The translations under genes and the position numbers were made by a program. DNA of 58,443 bases from an uncultured archaeon (lineage in GTDB: Archaea > Asgardarchaeota > Lokiarchaeia > Sigyniarchaeales > SOKP01): the NCBI GenBank assembly GCA_964632315.1, contig CAZWEM010000024.1, forward strand, positions 1 through 58,443. Direction: 5' to 3'. Positions 9,318 through 18,860 of the stretch are shown here, piece by piece (position 1 is the first letter of the stretch; the number at the start of each line of letters is the position of its first letter). Below the pieces are notes generated by a model. The model had not been told where the DNA came from, made no database searches, and saw only the letters and a program-made list of their open reading frames with translations.

Positions 9318-11075
9318 TTGGCGTATGAAAATATGAGTCTAATTATGAAAATAGGTTATCTATTTAGCCCTTTTATAAGATTGGGTAATTTTTTTAAAAG
9401 GATCATTTCTCGTTCCATTAAATATTTTAATAAACTAAAACCATCTGATACAACTTTCGAACTTGGTTCATGGAATAATGATCCTTTAGTTCAAACGAAA
9501 TACGGAATGTTATTAGGGAATTCAAATAAAAATTCGTGGAGTTGGAAGGGAATTCCCTATGCTACACCTCCAGTAGGTTCTCTCCGTTGGAAAGCACCAC
9601 TTAACCCTTCTCCATGGATCGGAATCCATAAAGCTAAAAGGTTTGGAAATTCTGCTGCGCAATATATGTTCATTATGGGACCGATCGGCTCAGAAGATTG
9701 TCTCTACCTCAATATTTGGCGTCCCAAGACTTCAGAAACAAAGTTACCCGTCTATTTCTACATTCATGGAGGAGGAAACTCAATTGGGACATCAGCAGAA
9801 AAAGCTTATTATGGTAATGCGGTAAGCGAAAAATCAAATTTGTTATATGTCTCAGTTAATTACCGACTTGGAGCAATGGGTTGGTTTTTACATCCAGCGG
9901 TAACAAATATGGGTTCTCTTGAAGATAAGAGTGGAAATTTTGGAACTTTAGATCTGGTTAAGGCCTTAGAATGGGTTCGAGATAATATTGAAGCATTTGG
10001 GGGTGATCCTGATAATGTCACAATTGCTGGTGAATCAGGAGGAGGTTTTAACGTTCTCTCGCTCCTTATTTCCCCTTCCGCAAAAGATTTGTTCCATCAC
10101 GCTGTCATTGAGAGTGCATTGTCTTTAATTTGGAGTACTATTTCTGCAGAATCTCAAAGTGAAGCTCTTCTCATTAATCTTCTCATTAAAGACCGAAAAG
10201 CTAAGGATCAAGAAGATGCACAAAATATCATCAATATAATGCCAGAAAATGATATAAATGAATATTTCCGCTCAAAAACTCCCTTTCAAATTACTAAAAG
10301 CATCCCTACGATGGATTTTGGAATGGCTAACTGGCATACTATTTTCACGGATGGTACCGTAATACCAAAAGAAGGTTATGCTATATTTTCTACTGGAAAC
10401 TGGGCAAATAAAGTACCTGTAATTATAGGTTGTAACAAGGACGAATCAAAGCTATTTGGTTATTTCAGGTCAGATCCTCCCAAAAATTCACGAGAATATG
10501 GCCTAATTTGGGGTTATAGTTCTCAGCTTTGGCGAATGAGCGGGCTTGATTCCGTAGTATCTCAGATTGCTTTAAATAGTGCTGTAAACATTTATGCGTA
10601 TCGATTTGATTGGGGAAGTCCAAATAGTGATGGTATTAGCGTGCTTCCAAGAGATTTAGGACGTAATTTGGGAGCTCATCACGCTGCTGAGATCCCATTC
10701 TTCTTGGGGATGGGAATAGGTTCCATGGCTATATTGATTGGAAAAACCCACACAAAACATAATCGACTTGGTAGAGACAAATTAAAGGATTTATGTATGA
10801 CTTATCTTGCCAATTTCGCAAGAACAGGAAATCCAAATGGAAATGGATTACCTAATTGGCCAATTTGGATAAATACTGAAGGTAAAGAGAAAATCTTGGT
10901 TCTTGATGCAAACCACGATGAGTTAAGAATTTCTTATTTAACAGATATAATTACAGTAAAGAAAGTTCTTGATCACATTAAATCTGAGCTTGTGGAACCG
11001 GAACTTGGAAAAATACTCTCTGAACTTGATGCTGTTATACCTTTTAGAGATGTTGAGCAAGGAAAAAATATTTAA
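9318..11075 (+). CDS. type-B carboxylesterase/lipase
   Basis: GIPYATPPVG.LRW, SEDCLYLNIW, HGGG, FGGDPDNVTIAGESGG nucleophile motif, GAHHAAE. Confidence 0.92.
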   Translation: MAYENMSLIMKIGYLFSPFIRLGNFFKRIISRSIKYFNKLKPSDTTFELGSWNNDPLVQTKYGMLLGNSNKNSWSWKGIPYATPPVGSLRWKAPLNPSPWIGIHKAKRFGNSAAQYMFIMGPIGSEDCLYLNIWRPKTSETKLPVYFYIHGGGNSIGTSAEKAYYGNAVSEKSNLLYVSVNYRLGAMGWFLHPAVTNMGSLEDKSGNFGTLDLVKALEWVRDNIEAFGGDPDNVTIAGESGGGFNVLSLLISPSAKDLFHHAVIESALSLIWSTISAESQSEALLINLLIKDRKAKDQEDAQNIINIMPENDINEYFRSKTPFQITKSIPTMDFGMANWHTIFTDGTVIPKEGYAIFSTGNWANKVPVIIGCNKDESKLFGYFRSDPPKNSREYGLIWGYSSQLWRMSGLDSVVSQIALNSAVNIYAYRFDWGSPNSDGISVLPRDLGRNLGAHHAAEIPFFLGMGIGSMAILIGKTHTKHNRLGRDKLKDLCMTYLANFARTGNPNGNGLPNWPIWINTEGKEKILVLDANHDELRISYLTDIITVKKVLDHIKSELVEPELGKILSELDAVIPFRDVEQGKNI

Positions 11076-11196
11076 TAAGATTTTTTTTCTAAAGCTAATA
11101 AATCTAAAATTTAAACCTTCAATGATATACTATAAATTATATTAAAAAGAATCGAAATTATTAATTGGAATAAGAAAATAATAATGTGATTAACTT

Positions 11197-11829
11197 ATAC
11201 CGAAAAAAGAGGATATAATATCATTAAAGAAACAACAGATTGTCAAAGCTGGTGAAGTATTAGGAAAAGCTTTAAAAGACGATCCTGTATCAATTCATGT
11301 CATCCCAAATAAAGAAAAAAGGCATGAAAGTATAAAACACGTATTCCAGTTTACTACTTGTATGGGGCTACGATACGGTGAAGTACATGCCACTTCAACG
11401 AATTTAGAAGGCGTGGGAGTATGGATTTTCTTTGATGCATATAAGGAATATATTTTTGGAAATTTTCTATGCTCTTTCAAAGCTAAGATGTGGAAAGTAG
11501 GAGCAGAAGCAGGAAAACTAATCAAACCAATTACGGAAGTTCATGAGAAAATGCATAATAAGTATGCTTCGGGAAAGCACTGGTATTTACAAACTCTTGG
11601 AGTAGACCCAGAATATCAAGGAAAAGGATATGGTACTTTGCTCATGAACTATATGATTGATAAGATTGACCAGGATCCTTTACCAGTATTCCTCGAAACT
11701 TCCACGAAAAAAAATGTAAAATTCTATAAGAAATTCGGCTTTAAGGCAATGGAAGAAGCTATTGCAGAAGGTACGGACGTGAAACAGTTTTTTATGGTAC
11801 GTCCCCAAAAATTTAATTCTCTTAATTGA
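11197..11829 (+). CDS. GNAT N-acetyltransferase; frame is open back to 11194, probable ATA start
   Basis: WYLQTLGVDPEYQGKGYG acetyl-CoA motif, LETS, NVKFYKKFGF; track ORF starts at 11362. Confidence 0.8.
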   Translation: MPKKEDIISLKKQQIVKAGEVLGKALKDDPVSIHVIPNKEKRHESIKHVFQFTTCMGLRYGEVHATSTNLEGVGVWIFFDAYKEYIFGNFLCSFKAKMWKVGAEAGKLIKPITEVHEKMHNKYASGKHWYLQTLGVDPEYQGKGYGTLLMNYMIDKIDQDPLPVFLETSTKKNVKFYKKFGFKAMEEAIAEGTDVKQFFMVRPQKFNSLN

Positions 11830-12032
11830 AAAAGTTGAGATGGTATCAATAATGAAAATATTTTTTTCATTAATTAAACCATTGTTAATTCATTTTTATA
11901 ATCCAGAGAATAAAAATTTAAAAGTACAAACACTTGTTTATAACTAAAAAGAATTTCAAGAAGAAAAACATATATACTTGTTTTAAGAAATTATTGTTAT
12001 ATATCCTCAAATTACACAAAAAATTGAATATT

Positions 12033-12968
12033 ATGAGTGAAGACGACCCTAATGAAGAACTAGAAAAGATGGCTGATGAGAAAGCAAAAAAACCTCGAAA
12101 GAGATCAACCCCTAGAAAGGTTCCAGAAGGTAAGAAGAAAGTAAAAAAATCGAAGGTAAAAGCTCCAGAAGAATCGGTCGAAAAGATCGTTCATAAAACG
12201 ATCCTGGTCAATTTCTGGAGGACAAGGCTTCATGACGAGGAGCTTGGGATACATCAACAGTTAAAGTACCAAGCAAAAACACGTTGGTATTCCAAGAATT
12301 TCGATATGGAAGGAGAAATTGAAGTTGATGGAGAAAAGAAGTACATCATTGCGTATAATAAGGATGATTGGCACGAAAAACCTATAGAAGAGAAACGCTT
12401 GGTTTGTAGATATTTCACCATTATGGAAGAATCCATGGATTCCCTTCCTAAAGGAGGAAATTTTAAAGGAGGTGTAGAATTAAGCGTTGCTCATTCATTG
12501 ATTCAAAGCTATGAGATAAGACATCCTGCTCCTGTCTTTTTCTTTCAAATTCCAGGAATTATTTATTTAATTAAACTTGTAAGAAGTTGGCGCTGGATAG
12601 GTACTCGTTGGAACTTCGCACTTCTTCCAGAAGACAAAGATGATGAATTCCAAATAGTGACCGCTAGAGGGGTGGTTGGTCCAGGACGAAACTATAAGAT
12701 ACGCATTGGTAAGAAATTAATTGCAAGAGTAGACGGTCATCCGATTCAAAAGGAGTTCAAGATCGAGATCTATGACAAAGTTTACGCTAAAGATTCAACT
12801 TTTGTTAAGTACATGACACTCTTTGGAATGGCTTGCAACTTCATGAATGACGCAATCAAACAAGTTAAGCGCTTGCATAAGAAAATGAAGTCGACTGGCT
12901 CATCCACATACAAACCTCCGCGTACAGAATTAACGCTATTCAGAAATCCTCGCATGATGAGGAGATAA
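12033..12968 (+). CDS. hypothetical protein; Lys/Glu-rich N-terminal tail, possible Tubby/LURP-one-like C-terminus
   Basis: long ORF; likely start MSEDD at 12033; fold guess only. Confidence 0.6.
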   Translation: MSEDDPNEELEKMADEKAKKPRKRSTPRKVPEGKKKVKKSKVKAPEESVEKIVHKTILVNFWRTRLHDEELGIHQQLKYQAKTRWYSKNFDMEGEIEVDGEKKYIIAYNKDDWHEKPIEEKRLVCRYFTIMEESMDSLPKGGNFKGGVELSVAHSLIQSYEIRHPAPVFFFQIPGIIYLIKLVRSWRWIGTRWNFALLPEDKDDEFQIVTARGVVGPGRNYKIRIGKKLIARVDGHPIQKEFKIEIYDKVYAKDSTFVKYMTLFGMACNFMNDAIKQVKRLHKKMKSTGSSTYKPPRTELTLFRNPRMMRR

Positions 12969-13083
12969 TCAAAAATAAAAACTAATATTTCTTTTTCTAC
13001 TTTTAATTTACTGTTTGATTTTTCATAAGGCATAAAGAGAAAAATACTAAAAATTAAATAAAAAAATATTAATCGGCATTTTA

Positions 13084-13854
13084 TTATCCTAAATATTTCT
13101 TTTTCCAAGCTTGGTATCCTTTGGTTTGTTTACCTCGATAAATCGCTCTTTTACCTATCTGCTTCTCATAAACTTCCATTAACTCATCTTCTTCCATTGC
13201 TTTAAGCTGCTCTCTCTTAATTTCTTGCTCGATTTCCTCTTCTTCTTCGATCCTTTTCACGCGCTTTAGAACGGCATATACGCCATGGTTCCACAAGACG
13301 AATCCTAAGTATATTAACAAAATGATGATGAACAGGAATATGCCCACAGTTAAGATCCATTCTCCAGGATTAAATTCTGTAATTATGTAAATCCATAAAT
13401 TAGCGACAAGACTCCAGAAAAACGATGGTAATATGTATACTACTAGAGTGATTAAAAACATGTAAATTACGATAAGGGTGACCGCGATCAATAATCTCAA
13501 TGTCGTGTAATCTTCATATTTTTTCGCCAGTACGCGGTCCTTAAACAGTCTTCTACACAGTTTTAAGATACCACCACGGAATAACGTGTAAAACAAGACC
13601 AATAAGAATAGATGGCCTGCTATTATTCCAATTATAATTAAAGCCCCAATACCAGGACCAAGGGCTAGAATATCGTCCATTCTTCCTGTTTCTAATAACC
13701 AACCAATTAGCGTAAGCCATATGCCTAGAATGGTTATTATAGATGCAATAATGATTCCATAATAAATCGATTTAGCAATCCTGATATCCCATGTGGAATA
13801 TTCGTCAAGAGGATCGGGTGCTCTCTCTGGAGCTCTTCTCGGTTTTCTTGGCAT
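13084..13854 (-). CDS. hypothetical multi-pass membrane protein
   Basis: about four hydrophobic segments, charged C-terminal tail. Confidence 0.7.
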   Translation of the reverse strand: MPRKPRRAPERAPDPLDEYSTWDIRIAKSIYYGIIIASIITILGIWLTLIGWLLETGRMDDILALGPGIGALIIIGIIAGHLFLLVLFYTLFRGGILKLCRRLFKDRVLAKKYEDYTTLRLLIAVTLIVIYMFLITLVVYILPSFFWSLVANLWIYIITEFNPGEWILTVGIFLFIIILLIYLGFVLWNHGVYAVLKRVKRIEEEEEIEQEIKREQLKAMEEDELMEVYEKQIGKRAIYRGKQTKGYQAWKKKYLG

Positions 13855-14014
13855 TTTTTTTACTCCTTGTAAATAATTAATTCCTTTTAGATTATTTGAA
13901 TGTTCTTTTTATTTAAATATTATCAACATCCGAGTTAATAAAAATTAGGTTTTTAAAGGACATCAATGCAAATTCATTTTGAAATATTGAATCAAAATCC
14001 AGAAAGTTCAAGGT

Positions 14015-14443
14015 TTAGAGCTTTGATCCACAATAAGGACATCGTTTTTCGCTAGAAGAAATATCTTCTCCACAGAAAGGGCAAAATGTATCATCAATTT
14101 TCTCGGTCTTGTCTGATTCTCCTTCTCTCTTTACTGATTTCGGTTTTTTCTTTGCAGCTTCTGCTTTCTTTCCAGCTTTCTTGAGAATTTTTTCCTTCGG
14201 GGTTTTTGGTTCTTCTTCTTTTTCAGTCTCAAAATGTTCCTTTGAGAATTTTAGCTTCGTGAAACAGGTTGGACAATAAATTTTTGGCTTGTTGGCTAAT
14301 ACGATTAGGTATATTATTGCACCAATTCCCACGGTCGCGATGCTAAGCAAAACCCATAGCACTTTATGAAACGTTTTTATAGGTTTTCGACTTGGAGTTT
14401 CCACTTCTTTTTTACAAACTGTACAGTAGGCATATTTTGTCAT
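14015..14443 (-). CDS. zinc-ribbon membrane protein with LITAF-like N-terminal module
   Basis: CTVC-hydrophobic segment-CPTC, Lys-rich linker, CPFC...CPYC. Confidence 0.7.
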   Translation of the reverse strand: MTKYAYCTVCKKEVETPSRKPIKTFHKVLWVLLSIATVGIGAIIYLIVLANKPKIYCPTCFTKLKFSKEHFETEKEEEPKTPKEKILKKAGKKAEAAKKKPKSVKREGESDKTEKIDDTFCPFCGEDISSSEKRCPYCGSKL

Positions 14444-14558
14444 TCGTGAATCAACAATTTATTAGCTGTTCTTAATAGGTAATTTTAATTTAAACCTTCT
14501 TTTAAATCTAAGCTTGCTTTATATGATTTAACTTAAAGATATAACCTTTTTAGAATCC

Positions 14559-15887
14559 GTGCATTATAAGATCATGATGGAAAATTCTTTTTACATCGAA
14601 ACCTACGGTTGCACCATGAATAAAGCTGATTCTCGTATAATGTCAACCTTATTAAAAGAATCTAATTACACTGAAACATCAATAGATAAAGCTGAGTTCA
14701 TTATCATTAATACTTGTGGAGTAAAACAACAGACTGAAAACAAGATTAAGCAACGTTTAGAAGAAATTCACGTAAACTACACCGAATCACAAAATAAGCA
14801 TGTAATAATTACGGGATGTTTACCTCATATCTCCAAAAATTACATTGAGATACTAAAGAAAATTATTCCAAGTTACGCAGCAATTATTGACTTGGATAAC
14901 ATTAATGAAATTGTCCAAATTCTAAAAAAAGTTAAAAAAGAAAAAAATAATTTCATCCTATATTCACAAGAATCAATCGATAAATCAAAAATCCTTATAG
15001 ATTTACCAAAAGGAAAATTAACGGGGATCTTATCGATTTCCGAAGGATGTGAAGGAAATTGTACTTATTGTTGCGTGAAGAATGCTCGTAAGGCACTTCA
15101 CACGTATAATCCCGTATCTATCCTAAAAAATGCAAAACACCAATTAAATCAAGGAGCGAAACAATTGTTTCTCACATCTCAAGATTGTAGTACTTATCGT
15201 CATGAAAACTCAAATCTTGCCGATCTAATAAGGAAGATCCATCAAATTCCTACAGAATTCTTCCTAAGAATGGGAATGCTCAATCCAAAGTTTCTTTTGG
15301 ATGAGTTCGATCAATTAATTAGCATTTTTTCATTAGAAAAAGTGTATAAACTCCTTCATATACCGATTCAGTCTGGAAGTAATCGAGTTCTACAGAAAAT
15401 GAACAGAAACTATAAGATCGAAAAAATCAGAACAAAGATTCAATCTCTCAGAGAAAAATTTCCTTCATTGTCAATATCCACTGACATAATATGTGGGTTT
15501 CCCGAAGAAAGTGAGAGGGATTTTGAAGAAACAATGGAGTTCATAGAATGGCTAAAACCGGGCATTTTGAATATCTCTAAATTTACGGTGCGTCCGGGAA
15601 CAAAAGCTAAATACATGAAGCAAGTAGATAGCCGAGAAATTAAAGAGCGCTCAATTAGATTATCAAAACTTTTTAGAGATTACTTAATTGACATAAATCA
15701 AAAATGGATAGGTTGGAAAGGGAAGATTTTGATTTTACACGAAGGAAATAATGAAAATCAAGCATTTGGGAGAAACTTTGCTTATAAGAATGTATTTCTT
15801 GATGATTATTCTGGATCCTTTGGTTCTTTTGCTGAGGGAAGAATATATGATGTAGATGGCTTTAATTTATTTGCCCATCTAATTTGA
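14559..15887 (+). CDS. tRNA methylthiotransferase (archaeal MtaB/CDKAL1-like radical SAM)
   Basis: IETYGCTMN, INTCGV, ITGCL, CEGNCTYC, HIPIQSGS, TDIICGFP, RPGT. Confidence 0.9.
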   Translation: MHYKIMMENSFYIETYGCTMNKADSRIMSTLLKESNYTETSIDKAEFIIINTCGVKQQTENKIKQRLEEIHVNYTESQNKHVIITGCLPHISKNYIEILKKIIPSYAAIIDLDNINEIVQILKKVKKEKNNFILYSQESIDKSKILIDLPKGKLTGILSISEGCEGNCTYCCVKNARKALHTYNPVSILKNAKHQLNQGAKQLFLTSQDCSTYRHENSNLADLIRKIHQIPTEFFLRMGMLNPKFLLDEFDQLISIFSLEKVYKLLHIPIQSGSNRVLQKMNRNYKIEKIRTKIQSLREKFPSLSISTDIICGFPEESERDFEETMEFIEWLKPGILNISKFTVRPGTKAKYMKQVDSREIKERSIRLSKLFRDYLIDINQKWIGWKGKILILHEGNNENQAFGRNFAYKNVFLDDYSGSFGSFAEGRIYDVDGFNLFAHLI

Positions 15888-16010
15888 ACATTCTTTAAGC
15901 ATAAAGAAATGACTATTAAATTAATATTCCTTGCATATTCAATTAACATCACTAGGTTTTTATATCTCATAAAAGTGGAAATTAAATTTAATGAAAACAA
16001 ATACTCAGAT

Positions 16011-16979
16011 ATGAAAAAAATATATAAAATCCTAATTTGGGTTTTAGTGTTAGTTCTATTAATATTTGGTTTTAATTATCTACCGATTGACGTTTGGGTA
16101 GGAACGACACGATATGTAATATGGGATACTTATTTGTTTCCAATTATCGTGAATATCATAGTGTACATCATAAGAACAATTCTATTGGGAATAGTAAACA
16201 AAGCTATGAAGGGTAAAGTTTTACGTTTCCTCTTTTCAATTGTAATAAATTTCACGTGGATTGGAATTCTATTGGGGTATTTATTCCTCATCGCCACCGA
16301 TTACGCATTAGCTATAGTTTCTTTCTTAATAGTCGCAGTCTCATTGACTCTTCGAAATAGAATCAATAATATCGTGTCTGGGGCCATGATCATCATTAAT
16401 GAAGGTTTTGAAGTTGGTGATCTCATTGAAACTAATGGAGTTCAAGGTATCGTTGAAGATATTTCCCTTAATTACACGCAAATTAGGCAATTCAATGGTA
16501 TAATCACTATATTACCCAATCAAATGGTATTCAATTCTACGATAACAAAATTTACGAATAAAATCACTACTGAGGAAGAACACATTTTAAGTGAAGAAGC
16601 TGGCTTTCTTGAAAGATATGGTGATAAGTTAACTCGAATCATTTCAAAAGGTAAAAAATTGACGCGATATATAAAAATTATTGAAATTCGTCCTAATATC
16701 GATCCAGAAAAGCTAGATGAATTGCTTGATATAGTATTTGACAAATATGAACCATTGATGGGATATCGACCAATATTTTATGTAAATAAGACCACTTTTG
16801 AGAGATGTAGTATCACTTTACAATTAATAGGAGAAGATCCAAATCTGATTGTTCTCTATGCAAACTCCTTCTTGAGGGATATTCTATATAGACTCTATAG
16901 TGATGAGGTATTTGAAAATTGGACTGGTGAATTACCAATGGATCTGAAATTAACAAAAAATCAAGCTGGTGATGCGTGA
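16011..16979 (+). CDS. MscS-family mechanosensitive channel
   Basis: NIVSG.MI....FEVGDLIE, G.VEDI.LNYT, LPN; likely start at 16011. Confidence 0.85.
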   Translation: MKKIYKILIWVLVLVLLIFGFNYLPIDVWVGTTRYVIWDTYLFPIIVNIIVYIIRTILLGIVNKAMKGKVLRFLFSIVINFTWIGILLGYLFLIATDYALAIVSFLIVAVSLTLRNRINNIVSGAMIIINEGFEVGDLIETNGVQGIVEDISLNYTQIRQFNGIITILPNQMVFNSTITKFTNKITTEEEHILSEEAGFLERYGDKLTRIISKGKKLTRYIKIIEIRPNIDPEKLDELLDIVFDKYEPLMGYRPIFYVNKTTFERCSITLQLIGEDPNLIVLYANSFLRDILYRLYSDEVFENWTGELPMDLKLTKNQAGDA

Positions 16980-17858
16980 ATGTCATTTACTAATAATATA
17001 TTCTTAGACTTAATCATTGTGGCTATTTTAATCGTCATTATATTGGTTATTAATAATATAGTTATTTTTTTAGTTAAAAGAGCTAAAAAAATGCCTAAAA
17101 AACGAAAATTGATAGTCAAGTTTTTGATGAGACTAATTTCTATACTAATAATAATATTTTTATTAATTGAAGGGTTACCATTTACCATACCTACTGAATT
17201 TATGGCAATAATCACTAGTTCATTGAGTGTTGCGATAGCTTTCGCATCTAGTGGCATGTTTGAAAACCTGGTTTCAGGGCTTGCCTTGATAATCCTTAAT
17301 CCCTTTGAGCTTAATGACATTGTTAGTATAGGAAACGCATTTGGAGCTGTGAGAGATATCAAATTAACTAAGACCGTGATTGAAACATTTGATAATCTTT
17401 TCATACAAATATCTAATTCGGATGTGATTTCAGCTAAAATTGTGAAATTTTCATTGAAACTCGAAAATATAAAAGATTTCTTGCAATTTAAAGAAAAAGT
17501 ACATCAAGCAGAACAAGAAGGATTTCCGCCAATTGAAGTAGAGGATTTAAAAGAAAACCAAGAGCTAAAATTAAAAAAGGTGTTTGATTCTGCATTTAAA
17601 AGAACAAAAAGCCCCAAAATCCACAGTTATACTTTTACCATGGAATTTGGTTTTCCTCAATTCAGAAAAAAGCTTGAGGAAGTAAACCAACTATGCAATA
17701 AATACGAAGAGAAATTCGGATTTAAACCAAGATATCACATTTCTGGTTTAGATCACAATATCGTTGTAAATTTTCGCTTAATTACTTTTGATTCGGATAA
17801 TTTCTTCAAGTATCAACCAGAGTTTGCTAAGATGATTTATGCGATCGTTCGTAATTAA
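16980..17858 (+). CDS. MscS-family mechanosensitive channel
   Basis: NLVSGL.L...PFELND.V, G.VRDI.L..T.IET.DN..I.ISN. Confidence 0.85.
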   Translation: MSFTNNIFLDLIIVAILIVIILVINNIVIFLVKRAKKMPKKRKLIVKFLMRLISILIIIFLLIEGLPFTIPTEFMAIITSSLSVAIAFASSGMFENLVSGLALIILNPFELNDIVSIGNAFGAVRDIKLTKTVIETFDNLFIQISNSDVISAKIVKFSLKLENIKDFLQFKEKVHQAEQEGFPPIEVEDLKENQELKLKKVFDSAFKRTKSPKIHSYTFTMEFGFPQFRKKLEEVNQLCNKYEEKFGFKPRYHISGLDHNIVVNFRLITFDSDNFFKYQPEFAKMIYAIVRN

Positions 17859-17900
17859 TCTCTTTTTTTTAATTATTGTAAAAATCAAATAAATCATAAT

Positions 17901-18788
17901 TTATTTAAGATTAAATTTTGTTAAGAAGTCGTTTAAACGAGATCTATGGAATTTTAATCCAAGATCATCAGGGTTCTCGCCAAATGCTAATGCCATCAAT
18001 TCGGTTAAGTATAAAATCGGAATCTTAAATTCAGTATTTGCTTGTGCGCTCGCTTTTTTCTGATTCGAGTCCATTTGTTGAAAGCATGCTGGACATACAA
18101 CTATGAACGCTTCTGCACCTGCGGCAATTGCGCTGTTAAACTTGTTTGCCAAAACTTGCATTGAAGGCTCTTCTTCTGTATTTCCAACTCCAGCACCACA
18201 ACATAACATTTCTTCTTCATAATCAACAGGGATTGCGCCAGTTGCTGCTACAAGTTCCCTTAGTTTAACGGGTTCCATTGGATCGTCAGTTTGCATTACT
18301 TCCGAAGGCCTGTTGTAGTGACAGCCAGTATGACACGCAACTTTCAAATTAGAGAGATCTTTTACCAAGTTCTCTTTAATTTTCTCTGCTCCAACGTCAT
18401 ATAAGACTTCTACAAAATGTTTAACGTTGATACTTCCCTTGAATTCGCGCTTTAATTGTCTCAAAATGCCATTTATATTATCCTTCAATTCATCATCATT
18501 CTTTAACTCATGATTAACCATTTTAAGCGTTTGAAAACAACCATTGCACAGGGATACTATATCTTTTCCCTCTTCTTCTGCAATCGTGAGATTTCGAGCT
18601 CCCATTGCCAACCAACTCTCATGATCCACGGCATTAAAACCAACGGGATCTGGACAGCATGCAAATTCGGCATCAGAGGTTTTGATTCCAAGTTTATCAA
18701 ACACCTTACGAGCACTCGCTTCTATGAATGGAATCCTATTTCCTATGGTACAACCGGGGAACATCTTAAACTCTTCAGCTTTCGCCAT
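17901..18788 (-). CDS. hdrB: heterodisulfide reductase subunit B (CCG domains)
   Basis: FPGC, CCPDP, LCNGC, VKHFVE, HTGCH..RP, CCGAG, CPACFQQ.D. Confidence 0.92.
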   Translation of the reverse strand: MAKAEEFKMFPGCTIGNRIPFIEASARKVFDKLGIKTSDAEFACCPDPVGFNAVDHESWLAMGARNLTIAEEEGKDIVSLCNGCFQTLKMVNHELKNDDELKDNINGILRQLKREFKGSINVKHFVEVLYDVGAEKIKENLVKDLSNLKVACHTGCHYNRPSEVMQTDDPMEPVKLRELVAATGAIPVDYEEEMLCCGAGVGNTEEEPSMQVLANKFNSAIAAGAEAFIVVCPACFQQMDSNQKKASAQANTEFKIPILYLTELMALAFGENPDDLGLKFHRSRLNDFLTKFNLK

Positions 18789-18860
18789 AATTTTTCCTCA
18801 ATTTAATGTTATTTACTAGATATATTAATTTCTAATTATATAAAATTCAAACGATATTAA

